The notes below the pieces were generated by a model that was not told where the DNA came from, ran no database searches, and saw only the letters and a list, made by a program, of their open reading frames with translations. From Callorhinchus milii (Eukaryota): DNA of 64,000 bases. Location of the stretch: NCBI RefSeq assembly GCF_018977255.1, contig NW_024704742.1, positions 109,928,001 to 109,992,000 on the forward strand, in the 5' to 3' direction. The translations under genes were made by a program, and so were the position numbers. Positions 12,721 through 24,882 of this stretch are shown piece by piece. Position 1 is the first letter of the stretch. Every line of letters starts with the position of its first letter.

Positions 12721-15129
12721 CTGCATTTACTCTATAACTATACTTTTGCACTCTGTGCAGTTACAAATGTTCTGTTCAGTGACTTTGTAATCACATTTGA
12801 ACTTCATTGGGTATCGATGGGTGAAAAATAGAGCAGGAACTTTAAGGAAAGCTTGACCCTGCTTCTCACGCTCAACATTATTGGTGCATGAGTCCAACTA
12901 GTGAAGGAATCATTTAGCTTGGTTTGTCAAAAAAAAAATCTTGAGGTTTGGCTCCTAAACATGGCTGAAAAGTTGTTATTACCTCAACACCATTAGCAGT
13001 TTGTGTTACAATAATTAACATAAGAAAATGCATATTGAAAAAGGAAACAGGAAATATGTCTACACAAGGCACCAATACTTATAACTAATGAAAGATATTT
13101 TCCCATTGTTATAAAATATGTAGAACAGTCTCAGCAAAAGGCTGAATCAATTAACAATAAAATTGATAAAAGGAGCTAGATAAATAGATTGGAAACGGGA
13201 TTGGAAGAATAAGGATAGGTAAGGAATGAGGTTATGAAATATTCAGTGGGCCACAATATTTCCTACGTGGGGAAAGTTTGTCAATTAAGGGTTTAGGTGG
13301 TGCAGAATAGTGGACGTGTGCTGAGTGAATTTTCTGGATATTAGTTTGATAACAGCGGATTAGAGAGTATTTACCAAAATCTTTTTTTCTGAGATTTGCT
13401 GTGTAGTGGGCAAGAAAGGAGATTGCATGGATGGGATGAACTCCTTGATAGGATGGATTGTTCAGTGTCTTAATTAGTCCATAACTTTCTCCTGTTGGGG
13501 TATGCATTAAACTTGTCTTCTGGTCTCTCAGTAAAATGACTCCAAGATCATGTATGTTCCGAACAACCACTGGGGTTTGTGAAACATCTGTCCTCATTAC
13601 AATTTTTTTCCAGCTGCATGAAATAAAAAGTTGTTTAAAAATGTATTACAAACACAGAGCCAAAAGCTTTTTTTCCAGTAAACATGGTAATTCTTCTTTG
13701 AATCTGGCACAAATTCTAATGATCCATAGATGGCACAGTAATTTTTAGCTCCTTGATTTTTGCTAGCATTTGGATAAGTGTGTTATTACTAGAAACATCT
13801 CATTACCTTAAGCAGGAATGCCTCTCTTATAATACAAAATGCAAATCAGTAAAATAAATACTAATTAACTGAATTAAAACAACCACAAAATATATGATAA
13901 TTCTCTAAAACAACTGTTTTTCTATGCAGTGATCAATATTTATGGCTCATATATTTTTCTTAATATATTTCCTATGCTATACAGACTGTAAAAACAAAGT
14001 TATCTAGTTTCAATTTAAAGCTTGGAAAACTAACTATGACTTCTTAAGATGTCTATGAATCTGATCCATTTTAAGCAAAAGCCACAGGAAGATTAATAAT
14101 GATTTGATGTTTTATTCCTACAGGATTAGAAATCTCACTGTTAATAGTTTGATTACATTGTTTGACCATAACCACATTTGGACATACAGTAAAATATTCA
14201 TACTAAAATATTCATCGTATTTTCTGCCTGTAACTTCATGAAAGTTGTTTCCTGTCTTTAAACCCTTACCTCAAACTGAAGTGGAAAACAGAAAGATAAA
14301 GCGAAAATTAATTAATATTAACTATCTCTTGATTGCTTGAATTGGAAATGTTTATTTATAGGTCAGCTGGGGGTTATTTTAGATCAGGTGACACCCCCAT
14401 CCGGTGACACCCCCCCCCCCCCGCCCCTCCATTTCATCAGCCCACCGGCTCCCTCCATAATATATGTTATGTTTCTGGAAGGGAAACGCAAAAAATATTG
14501 CTTATGTGGCCCGCGGACGTTTCTCAAATAGGGCATCCGGCCCTCAGCAACCAAAAGGTAATTAGAATTTTTGTCAGATTTTTTTCTCTTTATTTCTCTA
14601 TATTCTGTAAGATAGAACTATTGGTATACATTGCTCAGATAAACCTGTTCAGAATATGGATAATATTGGGGTATCAGTCCATAAGAAGCAACAGTAAAAT
14701 TAGAATTAGAAATTATTAACAGTTTGATTAAAATGCTCTTTAGAATTTTTTGTTTGTTTCGAATATGGAACCATTTACTTATATAACTTAATTATGGTCT
14801 AATTAAAATGAAAGGTTTTAAATGCCACATCAATTGAAAGGTATTTAAGGTAATAAGCACTTTTGAGGTCTACAACATACATTACTCTTATTAAATAAAC
14901 ATGCAAGGGGTTCTTGTCACCTGAGTGTTACAGTTTCAAGTGATTGAAGTGTAAGCTTTGATGTGCACATGTTGGTTTTCAGAAGCTGATATTGCACTTT
15001 CATCATGAGTCATGTACATTCAAGGAAAACAAGTGACATTTTCACTACGCGTGTTCTAGTTTGTGCAAGTGGCTGCTTATTTTCCAGTGATAGTATAATG
15101 GCAAAAATGACACTTCAGCGTGCTTTTAT

Positions 15130-15910
15130 GTTATGCCTGTCACACATCAAGGCCTGCATAAACCACAATTTCTTGCAATTCAATATGGATAAGACAGAAG
15201 CTATCCACCTTGGTTCCCGTCAATATCTCCTCACTTCAGGCTCAGACATCTTCAACCTCCCCAACCACTCTGAACATTACCAAACCAGTGCTCACCAAAC
15301 CTCCAGCTCTCATTTCTCCTTTATATCAGGTCTTTGACTCTTCGTCTCAGCGCATAACCCATCTTTAGCGCTCACTAATTACCACTGAGGCCCTAATTCA
15401 TGAACTTATTATCTCCTAATTGGACCTTTCAAAGGCACTTCTGCTGGTTTCCCTTGTTCCATCATCCATAGCCTCAACTTCCAAAACTCTGCTGCACTAA
15501 TCGTCATTTGCACAAATTCTGCACGCCCATCAACGCAATCCTGGGTTGATTGGGAGGTCCTTACCCTCACCTTTAAAATTCTTCACACCCTTGCAGCTCC
15601 CTATATCTCTGATCTCCTACCTCTCTGCTTTCCCCCTCCATTCTGCTAACTTGGGCTTGCTGCATTCCATAGCCCTCTCTCCACTATCATTGGTGGCCAA
15701 GTTTTCACATACTTCTCTTTTATCCTCTGGAACTTCCTCCCTCCACCCCACTACCTTACGCTCTTAAATCCTGATTTAAGATTGCACCTATGGTTAGCTC
15801 CCTCTTCCCCACCCTCTTTGTTATGCCTTGCTCAGCATCTGACCCCATCTTGGTAAAGCACTCTGAGACATTAACCGGCATGAAGGGTGTATATAATGCA
15901 AGTTGTTGTT
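15130..15910 (+). mobile_element. Old L2 RT-to-3' fragment
   Basis: CLSHIKACINHNFLQFNMDKTEAIHLGSRQ motif, followed by a degraded tail ending AATGCAAGTTGTTGTT. Confidence 0.75.
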
Positions 15911-16089
15911 CCCGCTACATCAGCGGTTCTGTAAAACAGATTCTATTTCTTCCCCAACTTTCTCCCCTTTTTCGAAGGTGACATCTCATGGTGGATTACC
16001 ATTGCTCAAACGATGTCAGTTCACCAATAACACATCCAAGTGTCCAGCCTTATGCGGATCTGAACAATTAGTGTTCTGTAGGATATGAT

Positions 16090-16326
16090 AGAGGGGAGGT
16101 GTGAGTCATCACAGACAAGCCTATTCTGATCCTCAGACAATATTCACACATGCACTTTTCAACAGGGGTCACACAATATTGATCAGGACCAAAAACACTC
16201 TTGCCTCACTGCTCCAGCAGAGATCAGCCAAATGAGCTTGTATCAGGGATTGAACTTGGGACCTCCTGGTCTGTACAATTCAGCACCACACCAATTACTT
16301 AATTCAACCACTGAGCGACCAGGGAA
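16090..16326 (-). mobile_element. Ancient tRNA-derived SINE of a different family (possibly AmnSINE2-like)
   Basis: Minus strand begins TCCCTGGTCGCTCAGTGGTTG...GGTCCCAAGTTCAATCCCTG (A/B boxes). The body shares TGCAC..TC.A..AGGGGTCAC with 32185-32310. The family name is from memory only. Confidence 0.55.
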
Positions 16327-16466
16327 CGTTTCTTATGTTTTAAAATGTCTTTGAAAGCACATGCTATGAATGTTGCATCTTATTGATTAAGAAATTAGTT
16401 AAGTTTTTGTGTAATGCAGAGCCCAACCATTAGATCAGTATAGTGGATACAGCATTTTGCAAATAT

Positions 16467-17123
16467 GTGGAGTTCTGTAGCTCAGTGGTTAGAGGACTCG
16501 CCTCACAAACAAGAGATGCTGGGTTACATTCCCAGCGGGGCAAAACCTTGGGCAAGTTTCCGTACTCCATATGCCTGATAATAATCTCTCAAGAAAATAA
16601 ATTAAAATAATTTGGTCACTCAATCCACGACTGTTTGTAGGACACTGCTTTGCACAATTGGCTGCTGTGTTTTGCCCACAAATAATAATAATAATAATAA
16701 TCCTTGCATTTGATATAGCGCTTTTCACGTCGGGAGGACGTCCCAAAGCGCTTCACAGAACACACTGTAAAGTGAATTGACTGTATATTTGTGGGCAAAC
16801 GCGGCAGCCAATTGCGCACAGCAATGTCCCACAAACAGTCTTAGATTGAAAATGACCAATTTATTATTGTTTTTGGTTTTGGAGGGATTATTATTAGGCG
16901 TGTGGAGTAAGGAAACTTGCCCAAGGTTTCGCCCTGCCTGGAATTGAACTCAGGTCTCTCGCTTGCAAAGCGAGTGCTCTAACCACTGAGCTACAGGACT
17001 CCACAGTCCTGTACAGGACAATTCACAGACAATTATACAGTCAATTCACTTTGCAGTATATTCTGTGAAGCGCTTTGAGATGTGAAAAATGCTATATCAA
17101 ATGCAAGGATCATTATTATTATT
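16467..17123 (+). mobile_element. Short-form SINE split by an antisense SINE (pieces 16467-16680 and 17034-17123)
   Basis: Head and body up to TTTGCCCACA. The expected continuation TATACAGTCAATTCACTTT...ATCAAATGCAAGGATCATTATT resumes at 17034. Confidence 0.85.
16681..17004 (-). mobile_element. Full-length young short-form tRNA-Ala SINE
   Basis: Reverse complement reads GTGGAGTCCTGTAGCTCAGTGGTTAGAGCACTCGCTTTGCAAGCGAGAGACCTGAGTTCAATTCCAGGCAGGGCG...GGGACGTCCTCCCGACGTGAAAAGCGCTATATCAAATGCAAGG(ATT)n. Confidence 0.95.
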
Positions 17124-17997
17124 AGAGACAGGTAGGTCCCTACTCTGTATTTTTGTACATTTATGATTTGACCTTAAGATCCTGACCTTCAAATACCCCA
17201 ATGCCCTTACCTCACCTAACCTTCTGATTCGTAGTCCTATTCTCCTGCCTAGTCTCTCTGCTCTAATAATGTAGGCCTCCTCCAAAGTCCCCACCTCTCT
17301 GGTGCACCTTGAGTGGTTGACCTTTCAGTCACTTTCTGTAACTATCTTCCTAAATCTCTCTACCTCACACCCTCACTCTCCACTTTCAAAATCAAAAAAT
17401 CTACATCTTTGACTGCTCCTGCTTTTGGCCACGTCTCTCCTACTCCCCTATCTCCCATCTGTTTGGGGTTCCACTCAGTATGAAATCTGTTGATTTTCCT
17501 CCATCATTTTCCTACGTGCATGTTTTTGTTTTATCTTTTTCCTTTAGAAACTCATAAATCATGAATCAAGTCAGGGCCTCAATCATTTCAGTGCATTTGT
17601 GAAAAGCTATAAGGCCCTAATTCTGGCCCATCTGACCCATGGACTTCATCTGATCCATTGGTTAACTCTGGGTTAACTCTGTTGGCTCAACAGTTTTACA
17701 CATAGAGATAAATAATAATAATAAAATATATGACATTTCTCTATGTTATGTCAAGAAAATCTAATAGATACAGTTTGTTTTAGATTGTGGATGAACAGGC
17801 CCTCTCAAATTGTAACAAGAAACTTGGCAATTCTTGATAATTCATATTTAGGGGTTCATCTGTTCAAATAACAAACTTTCTTTATATGGGTCACAACCAA
17901 GTCAAATGAACTGTAAAATTTGCCATTAAACTAAAATAATAGGAAAGAACTTTCTTAGTATAGCTGTTTTGATCAAAAACTAGAACATTACGTATAT

Positions 17998-18372
17998 GTG
18001 GCATCCTGTAAGTTAATGGTTAGAGCACTCGACTCGCAAGCGAGAGGACCTGGGTTCGATTCCCGGGTGGGGCGAAACGTTTGTCTAGTTTCCTTACTCC
18101 ACACACCTCTATTTACCTATCAGTAAGCAGGAACCTGGTTGTTAGTCGATTGGCAAATCACTTTTCCGGGGGTAATAATTCCTTCGAAAAAATAATAGTT
18201 AATTGGTCACTTCAATCCATGACTGTTTGTGGGACACTGCTGTGTCTGCTGTGTTTCGCCCACAAAATATAGAGTCAATTCACTTTACAGTATATTCTGT
18301 GAAGCGCTTTGAGATTTCTCAAAGATGTGATAAGGCGCTATATCAAATGCAAGGAATGTTATTCATTATTAT
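17998..18372 (+). mobile_element. Full-length long-form tRNA-Ala SINE
   Basis: tRNA head with GGTTCGATTCC B box, extra ~65-nt segment (18108-18172), Deu-like body and L2-like tail. Confidence 0.92.
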
Positions 18373-20651
18373 ATTAAGTTAAGGTAGCAATAGGATATTA
18401 TTTGTTGCGCCCTGAATACAGACAATAGCTGAAAAAGAAGTCTTAACAAGCAAAATATAAATCGGATCCAAATAATATGTGTGCATAAATAGTACCTGCA
18501 CTACTAGTAAAAATATAAGGTTCTGCGTATTTAGTTAAGCAAAGTCCAATTTAAGGTCAAGTTGGGTGCCAAAAGATCAGTACTGAGTTACATTTGCCCC
18601 AAATAAACTCTTAAAACTGTACATTAAAATTAGAAATCAAGCCAAATCATTAGACAAAATATACAGTTATATTAATAGATATCGTAAGCATAAAAGTCAT
18701 GCTGATACGTTGCGCAGGGTTAATATTTTTAAAAAAAATAACATTTCACTTGCCTGTGTCAGGTGGCATTGTGGCTTGCTTGTCTAATATGATCAGGAAA
18801 CAAGCCACCACAGCCTCAGGCAGAGCTAATTTTAGGTATAATCTGCTTCTTAACCTTCTGAGAACTAATGTAAACACTGCCTACCAGTGGCTAATTACAT
18901 TACAGTATCTGCTTTACTGAAGTGCAGGGCAATAGTACTGAATTAGCACGTGGGGAAAAAAGTTAACAAGATTACTGTGAATAAGCAAGGCACAGAGTTC
19001 ATTTGCTTCTCCTTCACTTCAGGTCTCCTTCACACCCCCATTTATTTCTCGTAATATGTGTTAGAATGTAGCAAAACTAAAATGTGGTTAATACTCCGAA
19101 TATAGTACATATAATATATAATATAGTATAGTATAGTATATTATGCGATCTTTACGAGGATTCTAATTTTGACTCTTCCATCATATTACCATGCTAAAGA
19201 TAATTTAGTACAGAACTAACATAGCCTTTCTGGGCAAACTCAAAAACAACAGTGATAATCTTTCATTAGCATATTTGTAGATCACTCAGACAAGAGCAAA
19301 ATGGATACAGCATAAATAGGTTGCTTGTAATCAGAGTGAATGTCACAGGCGGGAACCTTGGTCTGTTCTAATATGTGTCGTCTTCTGGCCTTGGTGGCAT
19401 AATTATCCATGCAACTGAAACTAATCATACCGTTTTTCTATGTTAGAGATAAGTATCCATTTTCAATCAGTAGTCACACCTGTTTAACTGCACTTAATTT
19501 TACTGCCTCATTCCTTGGTTCCATGGAGTTGCTTCAGCTGCTAGAACAAAATGTATTTTGTTCTTTGTTTTTATTTTGTGCAAAATTAAATTGTTCAGTT
19601 TGATAGGAATTATCATGTAAAAAAAAGTATAATTTGATGTATAGCATAGAATCAAACCACCTCACAATTTTATTCCATAGTAACCTGAACAAATAAGATA
19701 ATAGGTTACTCCGATAATAAGTTGCACTGCCCAAAACATCCAGGTGAGAACAGTAGTGGTTCAGTATTAGAGTTTATGTTGTATTTCACTACAATTAGAT
19801 AAGCTCTTACTTTGTATTTAAGATAATGTCATTTCTTTTTCATTCTGTCCCACTTCGCATCAGATGGTGCAAACAGGTGTGTAATATCAGAGGTTTATCA
19901 ATTTCCAAAAAGCATGAAACTCTGAAGTTTCACTCAAGATTAAATAATGAGGAATAAACATGAATTTGGGAATATGAAAATGAGCTTAGTGAGCCTTTTC
20001 TTATTCAATGATTTCTTGTTTTCTTATATGGTGTTGTCTTTTCCTCTATAGAGAATGGACTTCAAATGATTTATTTTTAACAACATTTCTGACATCCTCA
20101 TAATATCATTCTTTTCAATATCTGCATAAGTTTGTTCATATGTCATGCAACAAAACTACATTGTAACCATAATTTTTCCCCAAAAAAACCATTGTATTTT
20201 TCACCAAATGTGATCAGTGATTATTAGTCTCTGTACTCTTTTTCGAAAATAGCTTTTTGGATATCTAGCTCAGTTTAACAAATCACTGAACTTTTATGTT
20301 GGCCTTTGGTCTAAGACCCTTCTAATGTCAGATAGTGTATGTCACTTAAGTAATTGAAATCAAGCGTCACCCAGTATTTCCTATGCCACAGACATTTAGT
20401 TGGGATCCTTTCTGTTTAAACTGCAAAAAGTGCAGCTTAAAGAACTATGTTGCCAGTTTGTAACATTTTCAGGGAGACACATTTTTGCAACACTTGCTTC
20501 AGAGCTGTATTGCAAGGCTCCAATGTTGACTACTACAATGTCTGCACTTTAATGAACTTGTAATGGATACTTCAAAGTGTTTAAAAGTTCTTTTGATTTT
20601 CTGTTTGAAACCAATAAAGAGGCCCATTGTCTCTAGGCTAATCTTGAATAA

Positions 20652-21470
20652 TAACAAAAAACAACAAATTATATTTGTATAGCGCCTTTTATGTCGGGGG
20701 GAACTCCCAAGGCCCTTGACAAGGGATTTGGATCCGAGCTGCAGGTTGGGATCAGGAGGGATGAAGAGCAGGGAGGGTAGGTGTAGGAGAGTGACCAAAG
20801 GCTCAGTCGAAGAGGAGGGTCTTAATAATAGAATAATAATAATAATAATCCTTGCATTTGATATAACGCTTTTCACGTCTTCTAGACGTCTCAAAGCGCT
20901 TCACAGAATATACTGTGAAGTGAATTGACGGTATATTTGTGGGCGAACGCAGCAGCCAATTGCGTACAGCAGTGTCCCACAAACAGTCGTAGATTGAAAA
21001 TGACCAATTTATTATTTTTTGTTTTGGAGGGATTATTATTAGGTTCTGTGTGGAGTAAGGAAACTTGCTCAAGGTTTCGCCCTCTGCCTGGAATTGAACT
21101 CAGGTCTCTCGCTTGCAAAACAAGTGCTCTAACCACTGAGCTACAGGACTCTTGAAGGAGGCAAGGGAGGGGGCGAAGCAGAAAGACTGAAGGCCAGACT
21201 TCCGATGGTGGGGCGAGTAGGGTGGGGGATGTGAAGCAGACCATAATCCGCCGAGTGGAGGGAGTTGGACAGGCTGGTATTGGGTTAGCAGGTCACAGAG
21301 GTAGGGAGGAGCAAGGCCATGGAGGGCTGTGAAAATGAGAATGAGGATTATGAACTCGATCCTCTGCGGGATGGGGCTGATGGGGTCACGGAGCCATGTT
21401 GAAGAGGAAACAAGATGCAGAGTCCTGAATAATCAGCAGTTTGTGGAGGGAAAAGTTGGAAAGACTGACA
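20652..21470 (-). mobile_element. L2 3' fragment interrupted by a SINE
   Basis: Tail AACAAC...TTTGTATAGCGCCTTT at the left end. L2 ORF2-end sequence continues from 21152 (TTGAAGGAGGCAAGGG...). Confidence 0.8.
20824..21151 (-). mobile_element. Near full-length short-form SINE nested in L2
   Basis: Closely similar to 16681-17004, but the tail loop reads GACGTCTAGAAGACGT. Confidence 0.93.
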
Positions 21471-21519
21471 AACATCATAACCAATTTATTCATCACAAGA
21501 TGCTCAACTCTGCAACACC

Positions 21520-22180
21520 AACAACTTGCATTTATGTAGGATAATGTCTTAGAGCAATGGATGTTGCCAGGATTATCTGCCAAGCAAGGTGGGAGAGGAG
21601 GTAAATATATGTGCAGTCAAAGAGCCAGGTGTTTAGTTGGGATTTAAAGAAAGATAAACCAGGGTGAAACTGAGAGATTGAGGCATGGAGTTCCAGAGAT
21701 TAGGAATGTCGTAGCTGAAGGCTTCGTCTCCAGTGGTGGTGTGGATAGGTTAGGGGATGTGCAACCTATGTTAGCTGAGCGAATGGGGCAGGTAAAGAAT
21801 TGGAGTATGAGCAGATCAGAGAGGTCTGGAAGAGCTAGGGCATAAAGGAATTTGTATGTGAGGGTGAGGATCTTGATGTCAATCTGTTTGGAGCCAGGGA
21901 GCCAGAAAAGTAGCAAGTAAAGGGTATGTGGACTTTGTTATGGTTGAGAATATGAGTTTTGTATCAGCTGGACCTTGTGGATGGTGGAATTGGGGAGACC
22001 AGCAATGTGTGCATTTGAGAAATCAAGGCAGAAGGTGACAAATGGGTGTGTGAGGGTTTTTGACGGCATTTGGGATGAGATGGGGTCAGAGGTGGGCAGT
22101 GTAACAGAGGAAGGGGGAAGCAGGCTTGTTCAGGGATAGAGTGTGGAGTAGGAAGGATAGCCTAGGATTGTGATTGACAT
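21520..22180 (-). mobile_element. Old L2 fragment
   Basis: Minus-strand peptide WLPGSKQIDIKILTLTYKFLYALALPDLSDLL corresponds to L2 [32 protein letters not shown]. Confidence 0.7.
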
Positions 22181-23040
22181 CATGATTTCCCTAGCTAATT
22201 CTGCAATGTCGATGGGGTTTAGATTCTTGGTGCTACATTCAGTGCTCCAATTCCCACTTTGCTATACTTTGTCTACAAAAATTGAGCACTGTATGATTTC
22301 CATGATTGTCACATTCAGAAAGGGATCGTGGAGTTACTTCCATGCCTCTTCCTCCTGAAAGCCAGTAGTCGAATGTTAAATTAATGACATTATCTATTAG
22401 TGAGCTCTCAACAAACATCACCTCCCTCATTCCTGGCAACATTGCTTTCCCTGTTCAATTAGAGGGACTGGAGACTTTCTACCTCTGGAGGTCAATTGGA
22501 AGTTTATTTCATATCACAACAAAGTAGATGACTCCATGTCCTGACTGAGCCTTTGTTTGATCAGTCTTGGAAGCTATATGTTGTGTTTAGCTCCAGTGTG
22601 GCCCAGACCCTGAACGTGGAGGGCCTGGATATCCCTGGTGAGGGTATAGCTTTTGCTCAGAATCTCACAAAAGTCAACCTCTTTGACCTTCACAGATTTC
22701 TGCCCTTGCTTGGGCTTAGTAGCTTTGAATGATTGATATGTATATCCTAATGCTGGAGTCTCTGTTTTCCCACAAGTGCCCTATTTCTTCTCTTTCTGAT
22801 ATCAGTACTTCATCAGTCTCTAGCAGTGTATGGAGGATGCCAAATATAAGGAAGAATAAAGCGCTTACATTGTCTTGTCAACCTCCACAGGCAAGGTCCT
22901 GTTTCAACTTATGTTCCTTTGCGTCAGAATAAACTGACCTCATGGGTGATAATCATGACAGAAGGAGAAAAAATCATATAAGCGATGGTAGTGCATCAAC
23001 CTGTGATAAAGAAAGTTATCCTTTATTGTTTACCCCACAG

Positions 23041-23092
23041 AACATTCCAATGGGATGTGGAGGAAGAATTCAATTTGAAGAAGACCCTGCGA
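23041..23092 (+). CDS. Candidate 52-nt internal exon of an unidentified host gene
   Basis: Acceptor cctttattgtttaccccacag and donor GA|gttagc. Open in two frames (TFQWDVEEEFNLKKTLR or NIPMGCGGRIQFEEDPA). No homologue recognised. Confidence 0.3.
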
Positions 23093-23327
23093 GTTAGCTA
23101 ATCTTTCCATTGTAATTAGCGTAATGACCATATTCAAATTGTGACAAATTAGCATAATTAATCAATATGTTATATACGATAAGAAGATCGGACTGTTCAC
23201 TTTTCACAATAATAAAACTTACAGGTTCCGAACAATTGAGCTTTATTTTTCAATTAACCTATTTTGTGTATATAAGTGAAGTGTAATGAGCATAATTCAT
23301 CAATATGTTATCTCTAATAGCATAATA

Positions 23328-23820
23328 CAACAACAACAATAACAACTTGCACCTACATTGCACCTTTCACATAGGGAAACATTTTAAAGTGCTTTATAGA
23401 GAGAGTGGAATCCTGAGGAGTGTGGAAAATTAGCTGGGGTAGCGAAAAGTAAGATGGAGGTGACCCAAGGCATAATATAGGGGTTCTGGATGATCTGAAC
23501 TTGTAGAGGGTTGAACTAGGAAGTTTGGTGAGGAGGGAATTGGACAATTCAAGTCTAGAGATGGAAGAAAGCACTCGGTCAAGGATCAGATGAAAGGCTT
23601 AAAGGAGAGCTGAGGGTGGAACAAAATACTGATATTATGCACTGTGGAGTGAGCAGCTGGAGAGGTGAGCCAGAGGTGAGGAGGCACTGGCAGGAACCAA
23701 GAAGAATGGCATCCTTTTTGGCGACATCCTGTGAAGGAAGCTGAGGCTTTTTCAGGACATGTTGTTTGACAGGCAGTCCGTCAGGGCAGAAGTAGTCCTG
23801 GAGTCAATGGTGGAGCAAAG
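23328..23820 (-). mobile_element. Old L2 fragment
   Basis: (AAC)n tail plus TTGCACC...GCACCTTTCACA, followed by purine-rich L2-like sequence. Confidence 0.5.
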
Positions 23821-24369
23821 AGGTGTCACAAAAGTTACAAGGAAGTCTGTGTTTTAAATATTTTAAATACATAAAATTGTGTAAAATTAAAAATGGCAAG
23901 ACAAGCTTCCTTGAGAGCTCAAGTTTTAACATTGAAAAAAAGTCACACACACATCTCGAAAGGGTTCAGATCCAAGGGCCGAGTGATTTAACAAAGCAAA
24001 GGCTATAAATAGCCTTGCTGTCCCAAGTTAGGAAGGGCAAAATCACCAGTTATGCTTTTGAGATTGGCAATTTCACCTGGGTTAAATTTAAAACTATAAT
24101 CTTAAAATTGTACAAAATTGTAGAGAACGCTTAATTCATTGTTAATTTAGGAACCATTTTTACGCAGTTCTTCTTTAAGAACTATAGAAAATAAGTTTCC
24201 AAAATCTAGGAATCCCAAAGCCTGTGAGGACTTTGGGTGTGAAAATGATTGAGCTTTCCTTTGAAGGCTCCTACAGTTGGAAACCCCGCCAACGATCACT
24301 GCCAAGACTCACACATGAATAAAATCCACTTGGTGAGATCCCAAAGAGTACCAAGTTATTATACTTCCA

Positions 24370-24640
24370 GTGGAGTTCTGTAGCTCAGTGGTTAGAGCAC
24401 TCGCCCCGCAAGCGCGAGACCTGGGTTCGATTCCCGACAGGGTGAAACCCTGAGCACTCCACATGCCTAATAATAATCCTTCAAAAAAAAGAAAAAAATT
24501 GGTCACTTCAATCCACGACTGTTTGCGGGACACTGCTGTGTGCAATTGGCTGCCGCATTTCGCCCACAAATATAGAGTCAATTCACTTTACAGTATATTT
24601 TGTGAAGCGCTTTGAGACATCTAGAAGACGATTATTATTA
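24370..24640 (+). mobile_element. Short-form tRNA-Ala SINE
   Basis: GTGGAGTTCTGTAGCTCAGTGGTTAGAGC...GGTTCGATTCCC head, Deu-like body, partly deleted tail ending (ATT)n. Confidence 0.92.
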
Positions 24641-24859
24641 TAGAAGAAAAAAAGGAGTTAAAGTGGCTTCAGGAGGGGGTGAGGTGGTAAATGAAGGGAA
24701 TATCAGTGGACGTGTACATTTCCAGCATTTTACTTTTTCAGCATTTGCCATTTACTTTTGATGGCAGGTGACATACATATACATAAAACAAAATCTGTGT
24801 GAAATTTCCTTTTGCCCCACTGTTGAAGCTTCCAACTGTCACACATGTAAATTACACAT

Positions 24860-24882
24860 GCATTGTGGGAATTGTAGTTCCC
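24860..24882 (-). promoter_or_regulatory. Composite ACTACA + SBS (ZNF143/THAP11-type) motif
   Basis: Minus strand reads GGGAACTACAATTCCCACAATGC, matching the known ACTACAnnTCCCA + ATGC composite. Confidence 0.5.

Noticed and set aside
14385..14560. Possible hAT/MITE terminus remnant (GGTGACACCCC twice, ATGTGGCCCGCGG...CCAAAAGGT)
   Set aside because: No matching second terminus or target-site duplication was found; too degraded to call.
16925..17004. tRNA-Ala genes (cloverleaf-like heads with TGC/CGC anticodon, also at 1937, 17998, 21075, 24370, 53373)
   Set aside because: Each continues into a SINE body with no Pol III terminator, and copies carry scattered mutations. They are SINE heads.
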